Positions 61,908 through 64,000 of a stretch of DNA of 64,000 nt are shown in pieces. Every line of letters begins with the position of its first letter. Position 1 is the first letter of the stretch. Origin of the DNA: Hormiphora californensis (taxonomy: Eukaryota > Animalia > Ctenophora). Position numbers and translations under genes: made by a program. The notes under the pieces are model-generated. The model had not been told where the DNA came from, ran no database searches, and saw only the letters and a list, made by a program, of their open reading frames with translations. Where the stretch lies: assembly GCA_020137815.1 (NCBI GenBank), contig CM035357.1:6882001-6946000 (forward strand), given 5' to 3'.

Positions 61908-63490
61908 ATTTTTTCCCTGCCCGGGTGATTGCCGAAGGCAATCACCCGGGATGATGTTTTTAGCACGCACGTGCTAAAAAGATCATTCAGGGTTTAGAAA
62001 TCAGCAGATTGTGTAGTTAACTAAAATGTCCGTCCGTCCGTCTGTCCACCGTTACACACAGCAACAAAGTCTGCTCCTTCATAAATATTTCAACTCACAC
62101 TTTGTTGATGCAACAAAGGAAATGATTAATACGCATTGTGGCGCGCAATTACTCACTCGTATCACTTCCTACTTTCACCTGAAATCACTTTGGGTACCCT
62201 ACAGCCGTACCATGACGTGGTAGCAAGTCTTCCAAGCATGAAACTACTATCACACAATAATTGCAAGTGACTGGTGCTAAGAATTAAGATGACTGAGGCC
62301 TGAGGGTAAAGGTGAAGCGCTTGGTCACCAACTAGGGTCTCCTAAGCAAACTGTCTTAGTTATCATAGCAACTGCCTTGGTTACCATAGCAACCATCCTG
62401 GTTACCATAGCAACTAACATCGTATCAGCCAAAAATTGCTCTTAAAGTGCAAAATTCATCGGAAAATCTGAATTTGAAGCTCATTCATCAATTTTTCACC
62501 CATCTGGGGCAGGGAAACACCGCATTATGAATACATAATGCAATAATTCTTGTTAACAAGCTAATTTCTTCACCAATAGGTCCGGATAGGTGTCTAGTAT
62601 CACCAAAAAAAAGTACACGATAATCGGAAGTGCGCACACGCGCTGAGCGCGCAAGAAGTAAACACATGTAAATACATGTATTTCTAGCCTGGCACGAAAA
62701 CCCAAAAACCATCTTAGGAGACGAGTAGAGAAAAAATCAAGGGCACTAGATTGTGTAGCGTCCTCGCATTAGTGGGGGTAGGTGCTGGAATTAAGTCTCT
62801 ATCTCATCTGGTTAATTAGATAATTGGATAATTAGATATGCGCATAACCGTATTTTGGCTATATGGCTATAGCCACTTAGGAATGGTTTAGAGACTTTTC
62901 ATTGGTGCCATTTTGTTCAGAAAAAAATTTCAATCTAAGAGTTGTGGAAAAATTTAGAGCCTATCTCTTACCGTTTTGGCGTAATTTGCAGTCAAAGAAG
63001 GCCAATTAACTAATTTTTTGGCATTTTCGGCTGATTTGGCATACTTTGACCGCAAATAACGCCAAAACGGTAAGAGATAGGCTCTAAATTTTTCCACAAC
63101 TCTTAGATTGAAATTTTTTTCTGAACAAAATGGCACCAATGAAAAGTCTCTAAACCATTCCTAAGTGGCTATAGCCATATAGCCAAAATACGGTTATGCG
63201 CATATCTAATTATCCAATTATCTAATTAACCAAATGAGATAGAGACTTAATTCCAGCACCTACCCCCACTAATGCGAGGACGCTACACAATCTAGTGCCC
63301 TTGATTTTTTCTCTTACTCGTCCCCTAAGGGGTTTGGGGGTTTTTTCGTGCAGGTTTAGAAAAAATTTTTTTTTTAATGTGTTTTATTTTTCTTGCGCGG
63401 AATTCCCGCGTGGGCCATTTCCGATTTTCGGGGTTTTTTTTTGGTGATATAGACCCCCATCCGGACCTATTGGTGAAAAAAAAACTAGCT
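61908..63490 (+). mobile_element. HINE/DINE-1-like element continuing into a palindrome related to 34356-36288
   Basis: T-run, hairpins CCCGGGTGATTGCC-GAA-GGCAATCACCCGGG and TTTTTAGCACG-CA-CGTGCTAAAAA, (GTCC)n at 62028; inverted repeat centred at ~63020. Confidence 0.55.
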
Positions 63491-63559
63491 TTTTAAAAAT
63501 TTTGGGCTAAAAAAAATTTGGGGCCCTTTTTTACTAAAACCCCTTACTACTCCTTGAAA

Positions 63560-64000
<441 letters not shown>

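Overview
Eukaryotic, repeat-rich genomic DNA from an invertebrate-like animal (exact taxon not determinable), with scattered single-base indels that look like long-read consensus errors. Host genes: two adjacent intronless + strand genes (RNase H2 subunit A and DIS3L2), a 12-exon sphingosine-1-phosphate lyase (6278-29149, +), and the 3' ~18 exons of a convergent NIMA/NEK kinase (57926-32617, -). The introns are filled with mobile DNA: an intron-containing Helitron, a degenerate Gypsy-like LTR element, a 5'-truncated CRE-clade non-LTR element with a 15-bp TSD, a Penelope-like GIY-YIG fragment with a hammerhead-ribozyme core, MITEs, large foldback elements and a 3-kb 36-bp minisatellite. Most notable: (1) a spliced 93-aa antisense gene nested in a Helitron intron that starts with a LANA/IL-33-like MxLRSG motif; (2) a non-coding element family present both as hairpin-ended monomers with a fixed end point and as a head-to-head inverted dimer, as snap-back replication would produce; (3) a 1.2-kb Y-shaped double-hairpin foldback; (4) recurrent tandem duplications across splice junctions that create GT..AG mini-units; (5) an operon-like RNASEH2A-DIS3L2 pair. 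Coordinates were read by eye and may be off by a few bases.
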